DNA from: a virus
Strand: one strand, 5' to 3'
Virus record (IMG/VR): IMGVR_UViG_3300027575_000001
Span: 1 to 64,000 of that record
DNA: 64,000 bases
The position numbers and the translations under genes were made by a program. The notes below the pieces were generated by a model. That model did no database searches and had not been told where the DNA came from. It saw nothing but the letters and a program-made list of their open reading frames with translations. Numbering within the stretch: position 1 is the stretch's first letter; the number at the start of each line of letters is the position of its first letter. Positions 42,199 to 51,683 of this stretch are shown here, piece by piece.

Positions 42199-43059
42199 TC
42201 AGTCTTCTTCATCTTTCAGGTCTGGTGAATCGATCATCGCCGCCTCAAGCACTTTGATCTGCTTTTCGATTTCAACCTTCAAATCCTCGGTCTTGCTGAG
42301 ATTGTATTTGGCGGTATCCAGAATTCTCTTGAGGGGGGTGTCTCCATCAAGCAACAATTTGACGATGCCCCCGACCTTTTCTGGCTTATTCCATCCATGC
42401 CGAATTTGCAGTCCAGACGCATCATCGAATGCCTTTACTGATGTTTCAAGGTTTTTGTATTCTTTTTCCCAATAATCTGAGCCGCTTCGATTGCATCCTT
42501 GCTTATAGCCTTCGTCTCTCGCGACCGTGAGCGCGGCACTGTCCAGTTTATCTTGGCGGCGCTGGATTGCATAAGCTATCGCCGTGAGGAACGTGAGGCT
42601 CATCGGCATCGGGTCGAGTTTGGGGCACGGCACAACACATTTGAGTCGATTCTTCTGCGCCACGTACATTCCCCACGTTGCCGGGAGTTCGCCCGCCTTA
42701 ACGATGCTCTCTGATGGAACAACCAGCGCCCAGTAGTTGCAGTAGCGCATGATGGATTCAGCCTTTTCCGGCTGCTTCAGTTCCTTTAGCCAGTCGTTGC
42801 GAGAGACTTTCATCTCGAATCCCCACACAGCTTTGCCCCTGCTCCGATAAAGGCTGATCGCAAGGGCATCCGCTGTTCGCACGCCATCAAATCCAGTGGC
42901 ATCGCGCACTTCCTCCAAAGTAATGTAGGCCGGGGCAGAGAAAGTTCCTTGGAGACGCAAGAACAGATCATGGGCAGCTAGCTTCGTTCCCGCTTGCAAT
43001 TCCTCATCGGCTACCGTCTCGGTGCCAACTAGTTCTTCGTAGGCTAATTCATCGCTCAT
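42199..43059 (-). CDS. MmcB-like PD-(D/E)xK nuclease-fold protein with a C-terminal coiled coil (antisense moron)
   Basis: Start at the ATG at 43059 (MSDELAYEE). RTADALAISLY...VWGFEMKVSRNDWLKELKQPEK...YCNYWALVVP matches the D...ExK...C-x-y-f-x-x-V-P pattern of DUF1052/MmcB. Confidence 0.5.
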   Translation of the reverse strand: MSDELAYEELVGTETVADEELQAGTKLAAHDLFLRLQGTFSAPAYITLEEVRDATGFDGVRTADALAISLYRSRGKAVWGFEMKVSRNDWLKELKQPEKAESIMRYCNYWALVVPSESIVKAGELPATWGMYVAQKNRLKCVVPCPKLDPMPMSLTFLTAIAYAIQRRQDKLDSAALTVARDEGYKQGCNRSGSDYWEKEYKNLETSVKAFDDASGLQIRHGWNKPEKVGGIVKLLLDGDTPLKRILDTAKYNLSKTEDLKVEIEKQIKVLEAAMIDSPDLKDEED

Positions 43060-43127
43060 ATTCTCACCATTGGTGCAGTATAGCGTGGATTCCCCAGCAG
43101 GACTCAAAGAATTTGGCGTGCTACTCT
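43056..43127. repeat. bidirectional promoter/leader cassette, copy B
   Basis: See copy A. Contains a full CAGGACTC at 43098 and GTGCTACTCT at 43118. Confidence 0.8.
43118..43127 (+). promoter_or_regulatory. late-gene decamer GTGCTACTCT (copy 5 of 6)
   Basis: 70 nt upstream of the ATG at 43198, which has a GAGGAG RBS. Confidence 0.4.
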
Positions 43128-43197
43128 CGTCCTGTCGCCGGAGACACCGGCGCTTTGAAACCGGGGAATGCTGGCCCGGACGAGGAGAATCGACGCC

Positions 43198-44451
43198 ATG
43201 AGTCTTGCATTGACCACCCAAACTGCCCATCACAGGCTTCGCACCAAACAGCTTTACATCAACGCTCAGGCGGCCGGTTCATACACGCCCGGCGGCGACA
43301 CGGTGAATTTCAACAGCCTCTCCGGCGGGGGTGCTGCGCCAGCGGACAATACCATCGGCTATCCCGGCAACATCAAGGACTTCGCCGTCATCAGCGCGCC
43401 CCCTGGATTTTCGGCCAATCTCGTCAAGGGATCGGGCCTAACCAATTGGGGTCTGCAGGTCTTCGAGAGCGCCGCGGCTGAACCGGACGGTGTTCCCCTC
43501 GGCCTGGGAACGCTATCTGCTGCGGCCACGCAGTCGACCTATACCGTTGGTGGCTTGGTCACCGTTGCGACGACCACTCCTCCGCCTCTCGGATCCTTCA
43601 TTGTCCTGTCGAACGGAACCTCTGGCGCTGGCATCTTCTTGGACGGCGTGATGGTCCAGGTGACGGCCGTTGTCCCAGGTGTCTCCTACAGCTTCAACTT
43701 CGGGCAGGGTTCGGCTCTGCACTACACAGTTGCCACTGACACCTTGAAGTACCAGGTGGTGCAGGCATCGGTTACCAATCTTTTGCAGGCGGTGGTGTTA
43801 GGGGCACCGATCACCGGTGTTCTCGCAACCGCGAATCTGTTGACGATCACGCAGGCCAATTCGCTAGTCGCTGGTCAGTTCGTGATCCTCAATGGCGTCT
43901 TCAAGACAGCCAGCGTCTATGCCTCCGGCGCCATCGTCCAAGTTGCCTCAGCAAGCGCGACCGGATGGACGGCAAACTGGCAGGGGACGATCATCAATCA
44001 GACTTCGGCTGAGGTCGCAACAGCTTCCTTGCTCGTCACGAACGGGGGCGCACCGATTGCCGCGTATCCCTACGCTGCCGGACCGACGGCCTTGATCACC
44101 AACTCGCTCGCTGTAGCTGCTGATGCCACCCACGCGGGCCTCTTGACCCTGACGGCCGCTCAGGCCTATCAGCCCGGCATGCTGATCGTGGCTGAAAACG
44201 TCGGCGCCAACACCCAGCTCGATGGCACTATCGCCACGGTAATCGCATCTGGGTTGACCCAGGCGATCATCAAGGCAAACGGTTGGGGCGCAATCGCCAA
44301 CACTTCGGCTGAGACAGCGGGCTACGCTTCTATCCTCGTCACTGGCGGCGCATCAAGCTCGACAGGCGAACTGCCGGCAGGACCCTATCCTGCGGGCGCT
44401 TTGGCTGCTCCGTTTGTCATCATGGTCGAAGGACCCAAAGGCCAGATCTAA
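43198..44451 (+). CDS. hypothetical virion protein
   Basis: Second ATG chosen because of the GAGGAG RBS. Ala/Gly/Thr-rich, 417 aa. Confidence 0.6.
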   Translation: MSLALTTQTAHHRLRTKQLYINAQAAGSYTPGGDTVNFNSLSGGGAAPADNTIGYPGNIKDFAVISAPPGFSANLVKGSGLTNWGLQVFESAAAEPDGVPLGLGTLSAAATQSTYTVGGLVTVATTTPPPLGSFIVLSNGTSGAGIFLDGVMVQVTAVVPGVSYSFNFGQGSALHYTVATDTLKYQVVQASVTNLLQAVVLGAPITGVLATANLLTITQANSLVAGQFVILNGVFKTASVYASGAIVQVASASATGWTANWQGTIINQTSAEVATASLLVTNGGAPIAAYPYAAGPTALITNSLAVAADATHAGLLTLTAAQAYQPGMLIVAENVGANTQLDGTIATVIASGLTQAIIKANGWGAIANTSAETAGYASILVTGGASSSTGELPAGPYPAGALAAPFVIMVEGPKGQI

Positions 44452-44477
44452 CCGGATTGGTCTGAGGGGCGTGAGCA

Positions 44478-47240
44478 ATGAACTTCGAGGGAGCGAAGGC
44501 GATTTCTATCCCCCGCTACGGCTCTAGCTGTCAGTGGGATGATGAAGTCAACTTGCCCCTCGGTCTCGCCCGAGTCGCTCAAAACGTGCGGTACACGGCG
44601 CAATCCGTTGCCGCACGTTTTGGCCATTCAACGCAACTCACCTTCGGCCTGAACGATTCCCTGACGGGCGGCGGCCTCCTTCGGTATCTCGCCGCCCAGC
44701 CGGGAACTCTAAATCTCCAAGCTGTTGAGACCATCCTGCTTTTTGCCTATGGATCGACTAACGGCAAAATCTGGTCGAATCCGCCCTTTATCCAGGCCGC
44801 GCAGGTCCTGCTGACCAATTCGGCGTTTACCACAAACAGCGGGATCGGGCTCTTCACAGGACTCAACCCTGTCATGCGCCAGGCGTTCAACAATTTCTTC
44901 ATCACGCTCGCAGACTTACTTCTGCCTCAGGGTCCTGTCCTCGTCTATAACTCGATCGACAGCACGCTCTATCCAGCTTCCGATCTTCCTTATGGCGCAC
45001 CGTGGAACCCCGGGACCTATTATCGCGTGGGCCAATTCGTCTCGCCCTCTCAGTTTCAAACCTTTGGGCAGACAGATGGTCAGGGGACCTGGGTCGAAGT
45101 CCAAACTGGCCATCTCTACCGGTGCGTGACAGCCGGTACAAGTGGCAACGCGGCGAGCCAGCCGACATGGCCTCTGAGCTTCAACGGGACCGTGGGCGAC
45201 AACACCGCGGAGTGGGAAGAGGATACGCCGCTCTTCATTTCAGGCTTGCCAGATGGTCCTGCGGCCATCACCCCTACGACAGCGCCAGATTCTGGCTCCC
45301 CGATCGCCAACGGTGCCACGGTCTACATCGCGCTCACGATGAACAATACGATCGGCGAGGGAACGAACTCACTTGTCGACACCCAGGGCAATATTGATCC
45401 CACGCGGGTACTGGTTTTCAAGAATACCACTGGGAGCGCTGTCGATCTGACAGTCACGATGCCGCCGATTCCGACCCTTCTCGGAGTCTCTGGTCCGCTC
45501 GGCGCGACTTACGGCGCCACAGGATATAACGTCTATGCTTTCATCGACACGGACTCAACCATCGACCCATCTCAAATTGTCGATGCGTCTTTTTACGCAC
45601 TGGTGAATACTGGAGGGCCGCTCGCCGCCGGTGCCACGCAGACCATCAGCGCGTTTCCCGCCGGGCAGCAACTCCCCGAAACCTCGACTGCGGCGACGAC
45701 GGCGGCAATCGGCAATGTGGACACGGGCCTGCGCTACATGGTGCCGTTCTTCCAAACGAACACGGGCTACCAGACAGGATTCTCAAATTCCGCTCCTCAA
45801 CCTGTGAATGTCACTCAATCCGGCTGGCCGATCCAGGCGCTCAACCTGCCGATAGGACCCTACAACTGCCAGGCTCGCGGGGTTGGCGCAACTGTTTCTG
45901 GTGCCAGCGCGGCCGGTCCCTTCACTTACATCTCGCAAGCCGACATTGAATCGCCGGGCTTCAACCAACCTAATATCGCCATCACGTCGACGCTCGTCGA
46001 GGACAACACGACAGTGACGACGACATTTAATTTCACCGACACCTATCTGCCGGGCGCATCGGACGTGACTAATTATTTCGATATCATCCAGATCCCGCCT
46101 AGCGTCGACGTGTATTTTGCAAAAACATTGCAGCGCGTGGTCTACACCGGTGCCGTCGGCTATCAGAGCGGCCATCTCTTCTCCGACATTGGCAGTCCAG
46201 AAATGGTGCGCATCCCCGGTGGAAATTTTCAGGTTTCCGAAAATGACGGCGACAGGACTGTGTGCTATCGAGAGATTCGTGGCATCGGCTACTCATTCAA
46301 GGAAAACTCGGGATTTGAAGTTCTGACGAGCGGCGGTGACCCGTCAACGTGGACGCCGCGGCAATCGTGGGGGGGTAATGGTCCTGTCGGAGCTTTGGCG
46401 ATCGACATCGGCGGCCAAGACGATTCAGAGTTTGCCGTGTGGGCGCACCGCAGCGGGCTCTACCTCTTCGCCGGCCAGCACCCCGAACTCATCAGCCGTG
46501 AACAGCAGACCACGTGGGAAACGATCAATTGGGACTACGGCCACATCATCAAGGTAAAGATCGATCAGGTGCGCCGGCTCGTTTATGTCCTGTGTCCGAT
46601 CAATGGCTCGACGACGATCAATTGTCGGCTGGTGATGAACTATTATTTCGGGACCGGTGATCCTGTCGTGTTCGTCCAGCGCCGCGGCATCTTGGTGCCG
46701 AATGTCGAGGGGCGCAAGTGGTCGCAGGACGCATTGAACTTCAACGATGCGCTTTACGTCCCGCAGAAATCGAAAAATGCTGTGCAATTGGCCGGCGTGA
46801 ACGTCGAGAACCAGATGCTATTCTTTGCGGCAGATGGGAGCATCAAGAATGTGGTTGCCGCCCAGTATTTCGACGAAGACTATGATGGCAATGAACTCGG
46901 TTATCTCGCAACATGGGTCGGAGTGCTCGGCGAGAATCCGAGCACGAGCTTCGATAAACTGGTCGGTGCGCGCATGTGGGCGACCGGGAACGGACTCTGC
47001 GGGGTAACGGCGTATAACGATCAGGACTGGCCGTTTATTTTGACAGGACCCTTGACGCCTTATTTGTTGACGCCCGGTCAGCGCACGAGGCTGGATTTAG
47101 GGTGTCCCGTGCAGGGCGCGATCTCGTATTCAATGCGGTGGGCGATTGGAATGGATAATGGTGGCGTAGCTGGCGCGTGGTGGGAAGTTTTTAAATCTGA
47201 TTTGATGGTGATCCCGACATGGCCGGGATTGCCGGGGTAG
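44478..47240 (+). CDS. large tail-structure protein (tube or nozzle candidate)
   Basis: 920-aa ORF in the tail-gene position. No diagnostic motif. Confidence 0.5.
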   Translation: MNFEGAKAISIPRYGSSCQWDDEVNLPLGLARVAQNVRYTAQSVAARFGHSTQLTFGLNDSLTGGGLLRYLAAQPGTLNLQAVETILLFAYGSTNGKIWSNPPFIQAAQVLLTNSAFTTNSGIGLFTGLNPVMRQAFNNFFITLADLLLPQGPVLVYNSIDSTLYPASDLPYGAPWNPGTYYRVGQFVSPSQFQTFGQTDGQGTWVEVQTGHLYRCVTAGTSGNAASQPTWPLSFNGTVGDNTAEWEEDTPLFISGLPDGPAAITPTTAPDSGSPIANGATVYIALTMNNTIGEGTNSLVDTQGNIDPTRVLVFKNTTGSAVDLTVTMPPIPTLLGVSGPLGATYGATGYNVYAFIDTDSTIDPSQIVDASFYALVNTGGPLAAGATQTISAFPAGQQLPETSTAATTAAIGNVDTGLRYMVPFFQTNTGYQTGFSNSAPQPVNVTQSGWPIQALNLPIGPYNCQARGVGATVSGASAAGPFTYISQADIESPGFNQPNIAITSTLVEDNTTVTTTFNFTDTYLPGASDVTNYFDIIQIPPSVDVYFAKTLQRVVYTGAVGYQSGHLFSDIGSPEMVRIPGGNFQVSENDGDRTVCYREIRGIGYSFKENSGFEVLTSGGDPSTWTPRQSWGGNGPVGALAIDIGGQDDSEFAVWAHRSGLYLFAGQHPELISREQQTTWETINWDYGHIIKVKIDQVRRLVYVLCPINGSTTINCRLVMNYYFGTGDPVVFVQRRGILVPNVEGRKWSQDALNFNDALYVPQKSKNAVQLAGVNVENQMLFFAADGSIKNVVAAQYFDEDYDGNELGYLATWVGVLGENPSTSFDKLVGARMWATGNGLCGVTAYNDQDWPFILTGPLTPYLLTPGQRTRLDLGCPVQGAISYSMRWAIGMDNGGVAGAWWEVFKSDLMVIPTWPGLPG

Positions 47241-47244
47241 ACTT

Positions 47245-47550
47245 GTGAGTGTTCCAACCCAGTTGAGTATCGGCAACTCGCAACTCCCGGCGCCCACCAC
47301 GTCGGAACTTGGCGGCGTAGAAGCTGTGAATCCTGTCGCTCACCAGTGGGTAAAATCGATCAACACAAGCGGAGTCCCTCAACTTGCGCAGCCAGCGTTC
47401 TCCGACATTTCGGGGCAGATCACAGCGGCCCAGTTGCCATCGACAGGACTCAGCGTTACGATTGTGACCGCGCAACTGACACCAACCGGGATGCAAGGCT
47501 CGCAAACTTTTACGAACGGTATACTTACCGCGCAGACACCGGCGACCTAA
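47245..47550 (+). CDS. small tail-fibre-like protein
   Basis: LPAPTTSELGGVEAV resembles the conserved tail-fibre N-terminal motif (ATTS..GGV). GTG start. Confidence 0.45.
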   Translation: MSVPTQLSIGNSQLPAPTTSELGGVEAVNPVAHQWVKSINTSGVPQLAQPAFSDISGQITAAQLPSTGLSVTIVTAQLTPTGMQGSQTFTNGILTAQTPAT

Positions 47551-47552
47551 CT

Positions 47553-49091
47553 ATGGGCTCTTCTCAAATCTCGCTGCAAAAACTACTCTCAGCTTCGCAG
47601 GGGAATACCGATCTGCTCGAAGTGTTGACGCAGATTCAGCAGGGAGCATCGCAGCAGGCGGCCGTGACGGGCACCACCCCGATAGCAGGACAAACCCCTG
47701 GACTGCCGAATGCCGCCGCGCCGGTCCCTCCGCAGGCGACAGGCGTTGTCAGCATCCTCGGAGGTTCCTACATTGTCCAAATCACGAACCCAGGCGCCCT
47801 CAGTCCTATCTCGGCGCTTCAGGCCGCGCAGGCTGGCAATAACGCCACGAACCTAACCCCGCTCCAGCCAGTGACGCCGATCTATCACCAGATCAGGGCA
47901 TCTACGAGTCCTGCGTTCAATGTGAACTCGAACACACAGACCTTTGGCGGCAACACGGGCTCGACCCAAACTTACTGGACGTTGACAGGACTCGGAACCG
48001 GAACTTGGTACATTCAGTTCCGTTCGAGTTACGACGGTGTGAATTTCAACACCTGGCGGAATGCGAACGGTGGAACCGCACTGGGTGGTCTTATCAACGA
48101 GGTCACCGAAGAGAATGCAGGGAACGCCAACTGGGCTCTGTTCACACTGCCGGGTTCGCTCGTCATGGGCGTTGGGGAGGGATATTGCACAGACGGAGAG
48201 ATATTCGATCTCGCCGAGCAACTCTATTCGTCAGGCATGTTTGCGATCGCAGGACCCAACGGCTACGTGATGAAGAACTTCAATTCAACGTTTGGCGTGA
48301 TCCACTGCGACGTCGACCTTCAGGTGCCAAACCCACTTCCAGTTTCCGGCGGGATCCCAGATTATCCTGCGATCTTAGCGATGGAGTACGGCCAGCAAAC
48401 AAACTCCGCGATCGAGTGGCCCGGCTCAGCTACCGTTTTCGCTCTCGCAGTTGACCCATCGAACGACGGGGTAAAGCTCTACGTAGATCCTGCAGGCGCC
48501 GCGACCTGGGCCACAATGAAGTTGCCCGGCGGTGCGCACATCGCTATCGGTCAGGGCAAAAATAACGACGGCGATACGCTCTGGATTCCGGCGCTGCCGT
48601 GGCTCAACGCCTCCCGCATGATGTCGATTTCGAGCTTTACTGATGCTGTCGACATCGGCTTTGGGCCCGACGGCTTTTACGCGAACGAGATCACTGCAGG
48701 AGTATTGGCCGCAAAGTATCACGATACGAACGGCGATATTTGGGGGACGACGGCGAATTGGCTCGCAATTGCATGGGAAATCGGCACAGATGTGCAAACC
48801 ATTTCCGGGGCACCGTGGCTGACAATCCAACTTCAGGGAGGGCATGCGGTAGTGATCGGAGCTGGTTCTTGCACAAACGGCTCAAGTGTCACGTTGCCGA
48901 CAGGATACACAGAGGAAAATTTGCTCTCGGTCGTTGTGCCCAATGGTGGCATCGTCAATCCCAACCAACATAATCTTTGTGGTATCGCACAATGTTCGAT
49001 GGTGGGGTTGACTCCGTTCCTGGCTTACCAAGACTCATCATGGAATACCTGGCCAGGCAACACAAATTTCATGATTTGTGCGTGGAAGTAG
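47553..49091 (+). CDS. hypothetical tail/virion protein
   Basis: Start at the ATG at 47553 right after the upstream TAA. 512 aa. Confidence 0.6.
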   Translation: MGSSQISLQKLLSASQGNTDLLEVLTQIQQGASQQAAVTGTTPIAGQTPGLPNAAAPVPPQATGVVSILGGSYIVQITNPGALSPISALQAAQAGNNATNLTPLQPVTPIYHQIRASTSPAFNVNSNTQTFGGNTGSTQTYWTLTGLGTGTWYIQFRSSYDGVNFNTWRNANGGTALGGLINEVTEENAGNANWALFTLPGSLVMGVGEGYCTDGEIFDLAEQLYSSGMFAIAGPNGYVMKNFNSTFGVIHCDVDLQVPNPLPVSGGIPDYPAILAMEYGQQTNSAIEWPGSATVFALAVDPSNDGVKLYVDPAGAATWATMKLPGGAHIAIGQGKNNDGDTLWIPALPWLNASRMMSISSFTDAVDIGFGPDGFYANEITAGVLAAKYHDTNGDIWGTTANWLAIAWEIGTDVQTISGAPWLTIQLQGGHAVVIGAGSCTNGSSVTLPTGYTEENLLSVVVPNGGIVNPNQHNLCGIAQCSMVGLTPFLAYQDSSWNTWPGNTNFMICAWK

Positions 49092-49100
49092 ACTAGAAAG

Positions 49101-49544
49101 ATGAAGCCGAGCGAGTTTTGGAAAGGCTGGATGAAGTGTACTGGGAAACTCACATGGCGTCCTGCCGTTCCCGCTGATCTTCCCGCAATCCGCCGTCTAA
49201 GAAACGTCTCCGAGCGCTTCATGGGGATGCCCCAACGGGATACGACTCTTTTCTCGATGCCCACCCTTTTGACGCTTGTGGCTGAGAATGAAAAGGGCAG
49301 GATCATCGACTGCATATATCTCGAATCTCAGGTAGAGTTGGTGAAAATGGCGTGCTCCCCGGAGAGCTTGGCCGAGATCGCAGGACTCGAAGAAGACCTC
49401 TCAAAGTGGCTCCGAAGCATCGGGATCAGGACCGTTCTGGCGACCACCTTGGCAGGACCCAAAGGCAAGATGGCGGCGGCGCTGGATGGCCTTGGGTTTA
49501 AGTGCTGTGATCGGGTATGGTCATATTTCAAAAGGCACCTGTAA
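49101..49544 (+). CDS. possible GNAT-family acetyltransferase
   Basis: RPAVPADLPAI...VAENEKGRIID...AAALDGLGFKC gives a GNAT-like N-terminal and C-terminal pattern. Weak call. Confidence 0.3.
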   Translation: MKPSEFWKGWMKCTGKLTWRPAVPADLPAIRRLRNVSERFMGMPQRDTTLFSMPTLLTLVAENEKGRIIDCIYLESQVELVKMACSPESLAEIAGLEEDLSKWLRSIGIRTVLATTLAGPKGKMAAALDGLGFKCCDRVWSYFKRHL

Positions 49545-49548
49545 CCCC

Positions 49549-49558
49549 GTGCTACTCT
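49549..49558 (+). promoter_or_regulatory. late-gene decamer GTGCTACTCT (copy 6 of 6)
   Basis: Ends 10 nt before the ATG at 49569. No SD sequence. Confidence 0.45.
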
Positions 49559-49568
49559 TTGCCTTGAC

Positions 49569-50144
49569 ATGAGCAATGCCGCTGGAAATCAAGCTGCCAT
49601 CGCCAATTCGGCCGCCACGACGGATGAAGGTAACGCAGCTTCGGCTTATGAGGCGGCAACAGGCGCAGATGCGGCCTACCTCAGCAACGTAAACAGCGCC
49701 CTTGCGGCCGGCAATCCCTTCGAGTCCAAGGACTACCTCACCCAGCAAAACATTGCCACTTCCGGAGCGATGAATTCCGAGAATGATGCGGCTCGCCAGC
49801 AAGAGCAGCAGACCGTGGCGCGCACGGGAACCAACAGTGCGGCTTTGGCCAGCGATGTTTCAGCCAATGCCCGCGCCGGCCAGCGACAGCTGACCGATTA
49901 CAATGCCACGCGCGACACGGAAAACGAGGGGACTTGGCTCAATCAGCAAGACAAACTTCTCAGTGATCAGGGGCAGGGAGCCAACATCGAGGCAGGACTC
50001 TACGGAACCTCGGTGAGTGGCCAGGACAGCACGCTGGGCACAGCACAAGAGGGTGAAGACGCCCAAGAGGCTTCTAACGACGGGATGATTGACGCTGGAA
50101 TTGGCGCGGCCGGAGCAGTTGGCGCCGGTATTGCAAGCAGGTAG
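49569..50144 (+). CDS. internal virion protein candidate (Ala/Gly/Gln-rich)
   Basis: 191-aa ORF upstream of the giant ejected-protein gene. Confidence 0.5.
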   Translation: MSNAAGNQAAIANSAATTDEGNAASAYEAATGADAAYLSNVNSALAAGNPFESKDYLTQQNIATSGAMNSENDAARQQEQQTVARTGTNSAALASDVSANARAGQRQLTDYNATRDTENEGTWLNQQDKLLSDQGQGANIEAGLYGTSVSGQDSTLGTAQEGEDAQEASNDGMIDAGIGAAGAVGAGIASR

Positions 50145-50156
50145 GGAGATCGACGC

Positions 50157-51683
50157 GTGGCGCTTTTCAGCCAAGACGACGATAGCGAAGACGAGACCCC
50201 CGAGATGGGCTCTGCGTTCTCTGGCGGGCAAGAGCCAAGCGATCCAGACGAAGTTTCCGAGAGTCCTGTGCCCGAAGCGGCTGACCAGGCAGATGAGCCT
50301 GAACCTGCTGCCCCGGATGACGCTAACGCCTACGCGCAGTCGCCCGATGACCCCGGCGCGCAGGAAGAGCCGACCGGCGAGGAGCCGTTTCCCGGGCAAG
50401 ATCAGAGCGCCGATTACGTGGCTCCCGAATCAGAATCCGCGCAGGACTCAGGGAGCGGCCCAGTTCAACTTCCCGCAATGCCTCAGTACGTCGACAATCT
50501 GCCGAATTATCAGGCGCTCGAAAAAGAAATCGCCAACTTCAAGCCGAGCGACTACAAGCCGTCGATAGGACGCAGAATCGCCGCAGCCCTGAGTGGAGGA
50601 GCAGTAGCTTTCGGGAGCCGTAACCCCGAGGCTGGATTGCGGGTAGCGAATCAGGTAAACGATGCGCCGCTGAACCGCGCGCGCGCCGCCGAGCAGCAAA
50701 CGGAGCAGGGAACGCGCCAGCAGATCGCCGACGTAAACGCGCAGAATCAGACACGCCAGGCGGTTTATCAGAATCAGCGCGTAGCAGCGAATGATGCGGC
50801 GTTGAATACCGAGAGGCAACAACGTGGTGAGGATTATGCGGCCCACGCGGTCGTGCGGGACGCGACGATTGTCCCCCAGAGCATGCGTCCTGTCGATCCT
50901 AAGAATCCTCTGGGGGAATGGCAGGGAACTGACGTCAAAGGGCGTCCGGCGACCAACCTTGCTCCTCCGGCGCAGTTCCTCAACTCTCCGGCTGGTAAAG
51001 CAGCTCAAGCCGAGAAAACCATCAGCGATGCGCGCGCAGCAGGACACCCATTCACTCCAGAGCAGGAGCAAGTCGTTCGCTCTGGTGGTCATCTGACCGT
51101 CAGGAACCCGACAAATATTCGGGTGCCTAGCGCCGAATCAGACATGTACAGGGACGCGAGGGAGACTTTCAAATCTCAACATGGCCGCTATCCCCAGACA
51201 ACGGCCGAGGAAAATGAGGTCACGCAGACGGCCCGAGGCACGCTTAAAGATGGCGCTACTGCGGCGCAGGATATTGTGGACGCTGCCAATGGCCAGAAGG
51301 AATCTTACGCGCAACAGTTTACCCGGAACCAAGACGGGACTTATACCAACATCTCAACCGGGGCGATCATTCCGGGCCAGGAATTCAACGCGAAGATTGA
51401 TGGATTCAGAACCGCGGCCAACGTGCGTCTACAGAAACAGGGCTATCAAATCGACCCGCAGGGAAATTTTGATCCCATCGGGCAGTCTTCCAATGGTCAG
51501 CCAGCGCAGCAGCAAGCGGCTCCGCAGCAACAGCAACCAGCCGCGCCTCCCACGGGGGCTCAGCAGGGCAAGACGCAATCGGGCCAGTCGGTCAAGGTCG
51601 GGGACCCGATCACCTATAACGGCAAAACCGGTATCATCGCAGGATTCACGCGGCAAGGGAAGATCATTCCCAAATGGAACTAA
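50157..51683 (+). CDS. internal virion protein candidate
   Basis: 508-aa ORF with a GTG start, an acidic N-terminus and a Gln-rich tail. Abuts the giant gene. Confidence 0.55.
   Translation: MALFSQDDDSEDETPEMGSAFSGGQEPSDPDEVSESPVPEAADQADEPEPAAPDDANAYAQSPDDPGAQEEPTGEEPFPGQDQSADYVAPESESAQDSGSGPVQLPAMPQYVDNLPNYQALEKEIANFKPSDYKPSIGRRIAAALSGGAVAFGSRNPEAGLRVANQVNDAPLNRARAAEQQTEQGTRQQIADVNAQNQTRQAVYQNQRVAANDAALNTERQQRGEDYAAHAVVRDATIVPQSMRPVDPKNPLGEWQGTDVKGRPATNLAPPAQFLNSPAGKAAQAEKTISDARAAGHPFTPEQEQVVRSGGHLTVRNPTNIRVPSAESDMYRDARETFKSQHGRYPQTTAEENEVTQTARGTLKDGATAAQDIVDAANGQKESYAQQFTRNQDGTYTNISTGAIIPGQEFNAKIDGFRTAANVRLQKQGYQIDPQGNFDPIGQSSNGQPAQQQAAPQQQQPAAPPTGAQQGKTQSGQSVKVGDPITYNGKTGIIAGFTRQGKIIPKWN

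Noticed and set aside
35510-43127. CAGGAC as a -35 element (CAGGAC-N17/18-TACTCT in both duplicated cassettes).
   Set aside because: This holds only for those two sites. The other four decamer copies have no CAGGAC at that spacing, and nearly all motif copies are intragenic with no TACTCT downstream.
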